From assembly GCA_963728595.1 (NCBI GenBank), contig CAVSLF010000014.1:39393-103392 (forward strand): a DNA stretch of 64,000 nucleotides, given 5' to 3'. This DNA comes from an uncultured Nitrososphaeraceae archaeon (GTDB taxonomy: Archaea > Thermoproteota > Nitrososphaeria > Nitrososphaerales > Nitrososphaeraceae). A program made the position numbers and the translations under genes. This document shows, in pieces, positions 44,719-54,776 of the stretch; positions within the stretch are counted from its first letter, which is position 1; each line of letters begins with the position of its first letter. Below the pieces are notes generated by a model that worked only from the letters and a program-made list of their open reading frames with translations, was not told the DNA's origin and made no database searches.

Positions 44719-45667
44719 CTAGGCTTACCAGAAAAAACAAAGATATATGCTTTGCTGTTAGTGGTTCTGTTAAGTTCGTGTCGGCCGTCATCTCACCATG
44801 AACTCGTATCAACATTCCACCCCATTGTGAAAATACCATAAATTTGTAAATTCTGCTAAACAGAAACATATGGTAGACTCATCTGAAAACTTTCATAAGT
44901 ATGGCTATGCAGCATGACTTCGGATATATATTTAAATATCCATTAAACGGTGAGGTGTATAGACAATAAATAAACTAAATGTATTGTTTCATCTGTAACT
45001 ATTGAAATTTAATATCAGGATCCAGTCTTTTACATCTTAATCATTTGTAATGAATTTAATGGATATTTTTTAAGCCACGCCTGATTTTTAATTTTTATCT
45101 GTACTCTCCAAGTCATAGTCATTCATCAATTTAAGACATTGGACAAACAGTGAATAATTTCATCAAATGCCTTACAAGTTGTTTAATGCTCTGCTCACTA
45201 ATTTCTCCTTACTCATCTGCCCGTCGTTTCAGTGGGATATTCCTTCTATTATTGTATGTCTCTCATGACGTCAACTTTCGATTCATTCTCATTCTATAAA
45301 GCTAATAGTACAAAATTTCTGTCAATTCCCATATGATTCAGACAGGAATTTTTATCATATGACTTCGTACTTTGGCTCTCCTCTTTTTCGTTTAAGCCAA
45401 CGAAAACCTTTGCCAATTTGACAGTGGCCGTAGCTTTTGAACGCTGACTTATCTCTGGTTTTCTGAATTTCCACTTGGTTTCTAATCCCACATGTTTGGC
45501 TCCGTTTGATTAGCAGAAAATAGTTAATTGATGCTAGTGGGATCAAGTTAATGGGATTGCTACCACGCAAGAGTAGCAGAAAGTCTGCCTCCTTTGCAAT
45601 ATCTACTCAGGGTGTTGAAGTGACCTAGACGCAAAATTTAAAAAGGCTACACTTGAATGTATAAACG

Positions 45668-45970
45668 ATGACTTTACCAAAGGGATATGGTGGCAGTGGC
45701 GGTCGCGTAAGTAGTAGCGGTGGCAGTGGCAGAGATGACATTGAACGCATGATAGGCAAACGAGTGGAAAACATGACAGGTATATTCGTAATGGGGTTCA
45801 TTCTTGCTTGGGTAGCGACTGCTGGTGGTGTCTATGTCGGTGTAACAGTATATCCGTGGGCTTATCCATTGCCAAGTGGTCTTTATGCACTTTCAGTATT
45901 GACGGTAATCGAAGCACTCGGATTGTTCTGGATCTTAAAGATAACAAGAGAAAAGCCAATGCGTCCCTAG
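45668..45970 (+). CDS. amoX: ammonia monooxygenase subunit X
   Basis: MTLPKGYG, ERMIGKRVENMTG, YPWAYPLPSGLYAL; directly upstream of amoA. Confidence 0.9.
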   Translation: MTLPKGYGGSGGRVSSSGGSGRDDIERMIGKRVENMTGIFVMGFILAWVATAGGVYVGVTVYPWAYPLPSGLYALSVLTVIEALGLFWILKITREKPMRP

Positions 45971-45974
45971 AACT

Positions 45975-46030
45975 ACCAATTTTTTCTAATTAATTTTTAA
46001 CAATTTTTTTACTTTAATTTCTTGCCTTTT
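45975..46030 (+). terminator. oligo-T terminator after amoX
   Basis: Multiple T5-T7 tracts right after the stop. Confidence 0.6.
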
Positions 46031-46148
46031 TCATTGGTTTATTCTTACAAACTTATTCCTGTAGGGAAAAATACGTTGAATCGACACTCTTACGTATAAA
46101 TGGATTCGGGATAAAATTTTATATAGAAGCGTTAGGAGAAGGTTGTTA

Positions 46149-46799
46149 ATGGTCTGGCTTAGACGCACAACACACTACTTATTCATAGTGGTAGTTGCTG
46201 TTAACAGCACCTTACTTACTATCAATGCAGGAGACTACATTTTCTACAGTGATTGGGCTTGGACATCATTCGTAGTATTCTCGATATCACAATCAACTAT
46301 GCTTGTGGTAGGTGCGATATACTATATGTTGTTCACAGGTGTTCCGGGAACAGCTACGTATTATGCGACAATCATGACAATTTACACTTGGGTGGCAAAA
46401 GGTGCATGGTTCGCGTTGGGATATCCTTACGACTTCGTTGTAACACCAGTTTGGATACCTTCGGCAATGCTCTTGGATCTCACGTATTGGGCCACAAGAA
46501 GAAATAAGCACGCAGCGATAATAATAGGCGGAACATTGGTCGGACTTTCATTGCCAATATTCAACATGATCAATCTGTTGTTAGTGAGAGATCCATTGGA
46601 GATGGCATTCAAGTATCCGCGGCCTACATTGCCTCCGTATATGACGCCCATAGAGCCTCAGGTCGGAAAGTTCTACAACAGTCCCGTAGCATTAGGATCA
46701 GGTGCAGGAGCAGTACTTAGTGTACCGATTGCTGCATTGGGCGCAAAGCTCAACACGTGGACATACAGATGGATGGCCGCGTGGAGTAAATGGGACTAA
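46149..46799 (+). CDS. amoA: archaeal ammonia monooxygenase subunit A
   Basis: MVWLRRTTHYLF...AAWSKWD, 216 aa; TTTATATA 24 nt upstream. Confidence 0.99.
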   Translation: MVWLRRTTHYLFIVVVAVNSTLLTINAGDYIFYSDWAWTSFVVFSISQSTMLVVGAIYYMLFTGVPGTATYYATIMTIYTWVAKGAWFALGYPYDFVVTPVWIPSAMLLDLTYWATRRNKHAAIIIGGTLVGLSLPIFNMINLLLVRDPLEMAFKYPRPTLPPYMTPIEPQVGKFYNSPVALGSGAGAVLSVPIAALGAKLNTWTYRWMAAWSKWD

Positions 46800-46802
46800 C
46801 TC

Positions 46803-46826
46803 ACACCCCTTCCTTTTTTGTTTTAA
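46803..46826 (+). terminator. oligo-T terminator after amoA
   Basis: ACACCCTTCCTTTTTTGTTTT immediately after the stop. Confidence 0.65.
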
Positions 46827-46951
46827 TTTACTATTTCAGAACTATTCTGTAATTAGGTACGAGTCTTCATGACAATATGCATATCTTTGAACAACCAATG
46901 TAAAGTATAAGTTCAACTTTTCTTTAATCTTACATTGATACAGTAATTATT

Positions 46952-47107
46952 ATGTCAGATGATCATGATCGTAACAAAACACAGGAAGAGGGAACAATTT
47001 GTGAATATTGTGGTTTAGTACTGGAAGCATGCATGTGTGCTTGTCCCTATTGTGGAGAGAGAGATTCCTGTGAATGCTGTTTGTATGACGCCGCTACAGG
47101 TGGATAA
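46952..47107 (+). CDS. 51-aa Cys-rich microprotein ending in Gly-Gly (absent from ORF track)
   Basis: MSDDHDRNKTQEEGTICEYCGLVLEACMCACPYCGERDSCECCLYDAATGG*; TTTAAT box ~24 nt upstream. Confidence 0.8.
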   Translation: MSDDHDRNKTQEEGTICEYCGLVLEACMCACPYCGERDSCECCLYDAATGG

Positions 47108-47166
47108 TCCATCTAGATTGAATTGATTATAAACCATTAAAAGTAGGACGTGAGAAAAATAAAAAA

Positions 47167-49131
47167 TTGAGCAGCGCACTGGTGAAGAATTTACTCTCTT
47201 GGGTAATTGGTGGTCCACAAGGAAGCGGTGTGGACTCGGCAGCTAATATCTTCTCTAGAGCATGCGCACAAGGCGGACTGCATTTATTCGGAAAGAGGGA
47301 GTATTATTCTAATATCAAGGGTGAGCATAGCTATTTCACTGTGAGGGTGGCGGAAAACCCGATAAATTCTCATCTTGATGAGATAAATATTCTTGTAACA
47401 TTTGACGCAGAGACTGTATTTCGACATGCACATAAAGTGGCAAAAGGGGGCGCCATTATTTATGATTCATCACTAAGTAACATATCCATCAACGAAGTTC
47501 CGACGATCGACGACCAATCGTCAATTCGAATTTCTGACATTCTAAACACAGCAGGATATCCGACAACCATACAAGGTATATTGGATTTTGCAAAATCAAA
47601 CGGTTGTGTTGTCTATGGTCTACCGTACTTTGAAATGATTGAGGATTTGGCTAGAGGGCTTAATGATCCTTCATTAAGTAAACTTACGAGAATGGTTAAT
47701 GTTATAGCGCTATCTTCATCTTTAGCACTATTAAAGTTTGATAAAAAACAACTCATTAAAGCAATACAGACCGTCTTTCAGACAAAACCCAAAGTACTAG
47801 GCAATAACATCGCCGCGGCTGAATATGCGTATTCGTATATCGGGAAAAAATATGATATCGCCCAATTCAATTATGTGCTTGAACCACGACCACCACTGAA
47901 AGAATATCTGCTTGTACAAGGTAATCAAGCATCTGCTATGGGTAAGATTATTGGCGGATGTAGATTTCAAACCTACTATCCTATAACACCTGCAAGTGAC
48001 GATAGTGAATTTTTGGAAGCCAATCAGATCTTTGACCTAACAAGCGGCGCCAAAGGTTCCATTGTGGTTGTACAGACAGAAGACGAGATAGCAGCAATTA
48101 CAATGGCGATATCGGCTGCATTAACAGGAGTAAGGTCTGCCACTGCAACATCGGGACCGGGTTTTTCCTTGATGGCTGAGGCATTAGGATGGGCAGGTAT
48201 GAACGAAGTACCTGTTGTAATCACGCTATACCAGCGTACGGGTCCTTCTACTGGATTACCTACGAGACATGAACAAAGTGATCTCTTGTTTGCTATTCAT
48301 GCAGGCCATGGAGAATTTCCAAGGATTGTTTTCGCTTCAGGAGACATAGAAGAAGCATTTTATGATTCTATCAAAGTATTCAATCTGGCTGAGAAGTATC
48401 AATTGCCTGTGATTCATATGCTAGACAAAGCATTGGCCAATAGTATAAAAACATGTAAAGAATTTGATCAACGCAAAGTTCCAATTGAAAGAGGAGATCT
48501 GATTAACACAGTCGACGAAAATATATCGACTAGAAGTGGTGGACATTATCTCCGATTTAAATTGAGTGATAATCCTGTATCTACACGCGTACCTCTTGGA
48601 ACAGAGAATGCAATTTTTTGGAATACTGGGGACGAACATACAGAAGAAGGACACATAACGGAAGATCCTGACTTACGGAACAAGATGGTCAGTAAACGGA
48701 TGAATAAATTGGAAAAGGCTTTGTCCGAGATACCAATTGATGATAAACTTGTATGCTTCGAGTTTGGAAAATCAACAGGGGATATAACAGTTGTCAGTTG
48801 GGGTTCAACAAAAGGCGCTATTATCGAGGCTATGGAAATGCTTGCCAAGAGAGGCAAGAGTATTAGGTTTATTCAACTTAGATTGTTACACCCTTTTCCT
48901 ACTTATGAAATGACGAACTTATTAAAAAACACCAGGCTACTTATCGACATCGAAATGAATTATACTTCTCAACTTGCATCATTAATAAAACAACATACTG
49001 GAAGTGACATTGACTATAGAATAGTGAAATTTAATGGTAGACCAATGTCAACCAGTGAAGTTTATTATGCCGTAAGTGCTATATTAGAAGGTACGTCACA
49101 AAAGAGAATTGTGTTAGAACATGGCACTTAA
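47167..49131 (+). CDS. 2-oxoacid:ferredoxin oxidoreductase alpha subunit
   Basis: GGPQGSG, YYPITPAS, EDEIAA, TATSGPG. Confidence 0.96.
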   Translation: MSSALVKNLLSWVIGGPQGSGVDSAANIFSRACAQGGLHLFGKREYYSNIKGEHSYFTVRVAENPINSHLDEINILVTFDAETVFRHAHKVAKGGAIIYDSSLSNISINEVPTIDDQSSIRISDILNTAGYPTTIQGILDFAKSNGCVVYGLPYFEMIEDLARGLNDPSLSKLTRMVNVIALSSSLALLKFDKKQLIKAIQTVFQTKPKVLGNNIAAAEYAYSYIGKKYDIAQFNYVLEPRPPLKEYLLVQGNQASAMGKIIGGCRFQTYYPITPASDDSEFLEANQIFDLTSGAKGSIVVVQTEDEIAAITMAISAALTGVRSATATSGPGFSLMAEALGWAGMNEVPVVITLYQRTGPSTGLPTRHEQSDLLFAIHAGHGEFPRIVFASGDIEEAFYDSIKVFNLAEKYQLPVIHMLDKALANSIKTCKEFDQRKVPIERGDLINTVDENISTRSGGHYLRFKLSDNPVSTRVPLGTENAIFWNTGDEHTEEGHITEDPDLRNKMVSKRMNKLEKALSEIPIDDKLVCFEFGKSTGDITVVSWGSTKGAIIEAMEMLAKRGKSIRFIQLRLLHPFPTYEMTNLLKNTRLLIDIEMNYTSQLASLIKQHTGSDIDYRIVKFNGRPMSTSEVYYAVSAILEGTSQKRIVLEHGT

Positions 49132-50089
49132 GTTAGCCGAATACAAAACAACTGTTCACAATGATTGGTGTGCAGGATGCGGCGATTTCGGAATTCTTAA
49201 CGCTATTCAAATGGCTCTTCATGAGATGCAAATCCCTCGCCATCGAGCCGTGATTTTTTCAGGTATCGGTTGCTCCGGAAAGACACCTCATTTCATAAAT
49301 ACATATGGAGTTCATACGCTTCACGGAAGAGTATTGCCCTTTGCTCAAGGTGCAAAGTTGGCGAATCCTGATCTAGAAATAATCGCATTGGGTGGTGATG
49401 GAGATGGCCTTGGAATAGGGGCTGGTCATTTTGTTGGCGCCGGCAGGAAAAATGTGGATATCCCTTACATATTATTCAATAATGCAGTATACGGGCTGAC
49501 TAAGGGTCAAGCATCGCCGACGCTTAAATTGGGAATGAAGACTAAATCCCTATCCCAACCTAATTCGAATAGTTCGGTTAATCCTATCTCACTCGCGTTG
49601 GTAGCAGGTTATACGTTTATTGCTCGCTCATATTCCTATGACGTTAGACATCTTCGTGATGTTATAATAAAGGCAATTCAACATAAAGGTCTAGCATATG
49701 TAGATGTCCTTCAACCATGTCCCACCTACAATGATATAAATACTCGTGAATGGTTTCAGGGTCAAGACAATATCGACCAAGAATCAGGACGTCAGGTGCC
49801 TAGGATTTACAAAATAGAAGACAGAGGCTATGACGGTGTGGTGCATAATACTAACGAGCTAGGTAATAAAATGGCCCAAGTTTTGGATATTGCCAATGAA
49901 TGGGGCAGTAAAATCCCCATAGGCATTTTCTATCAAAATGAATTTGTCCCGACCTATCACGAGCGCATATCTCAACACATTTCAGATTATGCTACTAACC
50001 CGCCAGCAAAACAGCCACTCTGTACTCCCGAAGGAGTGCCGTTAGCGGATATCAGTAAACTATTATCTGCATTGAGAATTGATAACTGA
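49121..50089 (+). CDS. 2-oxoacid:ferredoxin oxidoreductase beta subunit
   Basis: WCAGCGD, GIGCSG, HTLHGR, GGDGD TPP motif, LQPCPTY. Confidence 0.96.
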   Translation: MALKLAEYKTTVHNDWCAGCGDFGILNAIQMALHEMQIPRHRAVIFSGIGCSGKTPHFINTYGVHTLHGRVLPFAQGAKLANPDLEIIALGGDGDGLGIGAGHFVGAGRKNVDIPYILFNNAVYGLTKGQASPTLKLGMKTKSLSQPNSNSSVNPISLALVAGYTFIARSYSYDVRHLRDVIIKAIQHKGLAYVDVLQPCPTYNDINTREWFQGQDNIDQESGRQVPRIYKIEDRGYDGVVHNTNELGNKMAQVLDIANEWGSKIPIGIFYQNEFVPTYHERISQHISDYATNPPAKQPLCTPEGVPLADISKLLSALRIDN

Positions 50090-50426
50090 GTAATATCAAC
50101 TACACTTTTTCATGATATGAATTTTGGACGCTATTTTAAAAATTCAAACTCTTCATGTCAAATATTTGGATATTAGTGGTCACACATTTGATGATGAGGT
50201 GGATCAGCATTATGAGTTCATGACAGAATCATCAATGTCCTCTAGAGTAACCATCTATGATCCTTAACTATGCAGATTTCTCCAGTTGATTATTGTCAGA
50301 AGAGGGCGCCTGTCACATTGGACCGAAGAAGAGACTCATTTTACTTTGTCGACAATATGACGAAAAATAGAGGTATAGGATGACTTTTATTTCAATATCG
50401 TCATCGTTATCATTAGCGTTTGGTGG

Positions 50427-52713
50427 ATGATACATACAATTGTGAACAAAGTGGATTCAACACCTGAACAGGTTTCATCGATCTATGGTAGATCGAAAAA
50501 AAATATTTCAAAATTCAGGCATATTGTAGACAGGCCACTTACATTAACTGAAAAAATATTGGTCGGTCATTTGGTTGAGATAGGGCCGATTGAACCGCAA
50601 CCCGGGAAAAGTTATGTTCTGCTAAATCCTGATCGAGTTGCTCTGCAGGACGTTACAGGTCAGATGACCATTCTCCAATTTATGCAAGCGGGTCTTAAAC
50701 AAACAGCTGTTCCTACCACTGTTCATTGCGACCACCTTATACAAGCAAGAGTAGAGGGTAAATCCGACACAACTGCCGCAATTTATGAAAACCACGAGGT
50801 TTACCAGTTTTTAGAATCTGCCTCGAGAAAATTTGGTTTAGGATTTTGGAAACCAGGTGCGGGAATAATTCACCAAGTTGTACTTGAAAATTACGCTTTT
50901 CCAGGGGGACTTATGATAGGCACTGATTCCCATACACCAAACGGCGGGGGGCTTGGAATGATTGCCATCGGTGTCGGGGGATTGGATGCAGCAGAGGTCA
51001 TGGCTGGTCTGCCATGGGAACTACTGTATCCAAAACGTATTGGCGTTCATTTGACCGGAAGGTTAGGGGGATGGACTGCGCCAAAGGATGTCATTCTTTA
51101 CGTGGCCTCCAGACTAACCGTGTCGGGAGGGACAAATGCTATAATTGAGTATTTTGGTCCCGGTGCAGAATCAATTAGTTGTACCGGAAAAGCCACTATA
51201 ACAAATATGGGTGCAGAAATTGGTGCGACTTGTTCAATTTTTCCGTATGATCGAAGAATGGAATCATATCTCCGAGCTACGGGCCGAGGGAAAATAGCGG
51301 ATCTCGCAAATAGGAACATAGACCTTCTAACTCCTGATCATGAAATAGAAAAAGAGCCTTCAAAATTTTTTGATCAAATAATCGAAATTGATTTATCAAC
51401 TTTGGAGCCTCATATTGTTGGTCCTCATACACCAGACTTGGCCAGACCCATTTCGAAGATGGCCCTTGATGTAAAAAACAATAACTATTTGGATACAATT
51501 TCAGTAGCACTTATTGGTAGTTGTACTAACTCTTCATACGAGGATATGTCCCGCGCGGCAAGCATTGCGGAGCAAGCTAAAATTAAGGGGCTAAAGATAA
51601 AGACTTCTCTGCTTGTTACTCCTGGCTCAGAAATGATTAGAGCAACGATTGATAGGGACGGGCAAATAAGTTTGCTGCAATCAATTGGCGCTACAGTCCT
51701 TGCGAATGCCTGCGGTCCGTGTATAGGACAATGGAGTAGACCTGAACTAAAAAAGGGTGAAACAAACACTATCGTAACTTCGTATAACAGAAACTTTCCA
51801 GGCCGAAATGATGGAAGAAGGGAAACTATGAATTTCATATCGAGTCCAGAGATTGTAATAGCCTTGGCACTTTCTGGCAGCCTATCATTCAATCCTATGG
51901 TAGACCAGATTACTGCGGAAGATGGGTCAAAAGTCAAATTAGAACCCCCCGAGCCAGCACCAGAAATTCCAGCTAAAGGCTTTATTCAAGTTACTGATGT
52001 ATATGTTCCCCCATCTGCTGAACCTGATAGTGTAAATCTTATAATAAATAATAACAGTAACAGGCTACAAAAACTTGAACCTTTTCAACCATGGGACGGT
52101 AATGATTTTGATAACCTGCCAATACTGGCAAAGGTAAAGGGAAAGTGTACCACCGATCATATTTCACCTGCTGGAGCATGGCTGATGTTCAGAGGACACA
52201 TAGACAAGATAAGTGACAATCTTCTTCTTGGGGCCGTTAATGCTTTCAATGGAAATGTGGGGAGTGGAAGAAATGTTCTAAATGGTAGTACCCAGCCCTT
52301 CCCTGAAATTGCGAGAGATTACAAGTTGAAGCATATCATGTGGATAATTATCGGGGATCAAAACTATGGGGAAGGAAGGCAGCAGAGAACATGCAGCAAT
52401 GACCCCCAGATATCTCGGATGCGCCGCCATTATTGCAAAGAGTTTTGCTAGGATCCACGAGACAAATCTTAAGAAACAGGGAATCCTTGCTCTTACATTC
52501 ACTGATCCTCGTGATTACGACAAAATAATGGAAGGAGACAAGTTGAGCATAGTTGGGCTAAAAGATCTCGAACAAGGTAAGTCGGTAACATGCAGTTTGC
52601 GTCACGAGGACGGCAAAGTTGAAGAAATACTATTAAGCCATTCTTATAGCACTTCTCAGCTTGATTGGTTCCATGCTGGATCGGCATTAAATGTACTTCG
52701 AAGAAGAACTTGA
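50427..52713 (+). CDS. acn: aconitate hydratase, +1 frameshift near 52379
   Basis: DRVALQD, HCDH, GTDSHT, GSCTN, CGPCIG; NYGEG|SSREHAA split between frames. Confidence 0.96.
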
Positions 52714-52869
52714 AGTGAGCTGAACTAACTAGATTTTCATTATGCCAATGCAGAGAAAAAAAATACTCGTACTATTGAAGAAAATAGTTTGCACTTAATC
52801 AATGTCGAGCATTGATCCTTCCTTCAAAGGAAACTAATACCTAAATATTGCATTTCAGACACTAGAATT

Positions 52870-53841
52870 ATGACCATATCCCTTATTCCCTCTGCAGATT
52901 CTTTCAAGGGAATAAAGAAATCTATCATCGGTAAAAATGAAGTTGTTAGAGGAACTTCGTTAGTAAAACGTGGATTTGCCCATATGCAAAAACACGGGGT
53001 AATCATGGACGTAACTAATGTAGAACAGGCACACATCGCGGAAGAGGCTGGTGCAGTGGCAGTTATGGTACTGGACAAGCTACCATTTGACGTGAGAAAA
53101 GCAGGGGGTGTAGCTAGGACAGCAAGTGTAAAAGTAATTGAGCAGGTTTTGGATTCGATAAGTATACCCATTATGGCGAAATGTAGAATTGGTCACGCCT
53201 CTGAAGCTCTTATCCTCCAAGAGGTAGGCGTTGACATGGTAGATGAGAGTGAAGTTCTTACACCCGCAGATGAAGCACGACACATCTGGAAATGGGATTA
53301 TACAACTCCATTTGTCAATGGTGCCAAAAACCTCGGTGAAGCCTTAAGAAGAATAGAGGAAGGCGCGGCTATGATTAGAACTAAAGGAGAGCCTGGTACC
53401 GGTAACGTAGCTGAAGCGGTAACGCACATACAGAGTGTGAATGGTGATATACGAAAAATAAGATCCGTCTACGAAGACGAAGATCTTCAAGAGTTAATAA
53501 GAGTTGGGCGCGAATTCAGGACATCCTTTGAATTAGTGAAGGAAACTGGTCGTCTTGGACGGTTACCTGTTGTGAATTTCGCCGCAGGAGGAGTATCAAC
53601 TCCGGCTGACGCTGCTTTGCTGATGAACCTAGGTTGTGATGGCATATTTGTCGGTTCAGGTGTATTCATAGCTGAGGACCCCTTAGAACGTGCAAAGGCA
53701 ATTGTACTGGCTACGACCTACTTTGATGATCCAAAAATTGTTATGGAGGCACAGAAAATGGTCGATGAGAGGAAGTCTATGCTGGGATTAGATACAAAGA
53801 ACTTGGATCTAAAGATGCAAGAGAGAGGACCCTCTGTATGA
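52870..53841 (+). CDS. pdxS: pyridoxal 5'-phosphate synthase lyase subunit
   Basis: [38 protein letters not shown]. Confidence 0.97.
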   Translation: MTISLIPSADSFKGIKKSIIGKNEVVRGTSLVKRGFAHMQKHGVIMDVTNVEQAHIAEEAGAVAVMVLDKLPFDVRKAGGVARTASVKVIEQVLDSISIPIMAKCRIGHASEALILQEVGVDMVDESEVLTPADEARHIWKWDYTTPFVNGAKNLGEALRRIEEGAAMIRTKGEPGTGNVAEAVTHIQSVNGDIRKIRSVYEDEDLQELIRVGREFRTSFELVKETGRLGRLPVVNFAAGGVSTPADAALLMNLGCDGIFVGSGVFIAEDPLERAKAIVLATTYFDDPKIVMEAQKMVDERKSMLGLDTKNLDLKMQERGPSV

Positions 53842-54467
53842 GCCATGAAATTAATATAGGTATCCTTGCTCTACAGGGAGATATCGAAGAAAATATTGTC
53901 GTCACAAGAGATGCAATGAGTTCGCTTTCCTTGAATGCCTATACAACGCCTGTTCGATATCAGAAAGAGCTTGAAAGTGTGGATGGGTTGATTATTCCAG
54001 GTGGAGAAAGTACTGTTATAGGGAATCTACTAACATTAAAGACCGGCATACGGACAACTTTGCAAAAAAGGCTGATACAGGGAATGCCTGCAATGGGTAC
54101 TTGCGCGGGGATGATTGTGATGGCTAAGAAAGCATATGACAGTGTGGTTGGCGAAATGAACCAGCAACTCTTGGGTGTTTTAGACATTGTAGTAGAGCGG
54201 AATTCCTTTGGAAGGCAGAATGAATCATTTGAGGCGAATTTACCCATTGACGGACTTGAGGGAGAGGATTTTAGAGGTGTCTTCATAAGAGCTCCATCAG
54301 TTACCAAGGTTGGGACAAATGTTAAGATACTTGGCAGGTTCGCAGAGAAAGTAGTTGCCGTTCAGCAAGGAAATATAATTGGTACTTCATTCCACCCTGA
54401 GCTTTCTGGTGATCTGAGGTTTCATAAACTTCTCGTTGCATTAATAATGAGATCTAGGAAAGAATAA
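53838..54467 (+). CDS. pdxT: PLP synthase glutaminase subunit
   Basis: LALQGD, PGGEST, GTCAG, FIRAP, FHPEL. Confidence 0.97.
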   Translation: MSHEINIGILALQGDIEENIVVTRDAMSSLSLNAYTTPVRYQKELESVDGLIIPGGESTVIGNLLTLKTGIRTTLQKRLIQGMPAMGTCAGMIVMAKKAYDSVVGEMNQQLLGVLDIVVERNSFGRQNESFEANLPIDGLEGEDFRGVFIRAPSVTKVGTNVKILGRFAEKVVAVQQGNIIGTSFHPELSGDLRFHKLLVALIMRSRKE

Positions 54468-54484
54468 TTAATACGAGCTTAGGG

Positions 54485-54600
54485 TGCGGGGGGTGGGATT
54501 TGAACCCACGAACCCCTGAAGGACGGGATCCCTCCTGAGTAAGATCTTAAGTCCCGCGTCTCCAATCGTTAATTATTTGGCCAGGCTCTACAACCCCCGC
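54485..54600 (-). tRNA. tRNA-Leu(TAA) with two introns (37/38: 54530-54545; D-arm 23/24: 54560-54574)
   Basis: Removing the 16-nt and 15-nt inserts gives a canonical class II cloverleaf; BHB/BHL-like junctions. Confidence 0.9.
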
Positions 54601-54702
54601 AAAAATACCAGCGAGATTGATGAATTTCTTGGTAATTAAATGTTACAAAATGCATAGATACCTTAATGAAACCCTCATCGGTTCTTCATATCTTGCAAAT
54701 GT

Positions 54703-54776
54703 GCCTTGGTAGCTCAGCCTGGTAGAGCGTTGCCTTGGTAAGGCAAAGGTCCCGGGTCCAAATCCCGGCCAAGGCT
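54703..54776 (+). tRNA. tRNA-Thr(GGT)
   Basis: GCCTTGG...CCAAGGC acceptor stem; TTGCC-TTGGTAA-GGCAA anticodon arm; T-loop reads TCCAAAT. Confidence 0.93.

Noticed and set aside
44770-45660. Possible amoC remnant between amoB and amoX
   Set aside because: No AmoC-like motifs found in the frames I read; the short ORFs look random
51485-51937. Long antisense ORFs inside core genes (acn, pdxT, tal and others)
   Set aside because: Shadow frames of strongly coding sequence
52366-52451. Programmed frameshift in aconitase
   Set aside because: No slippery heptamer or stimulatory structure; same +1 pattern in six other genes points to sequencing error
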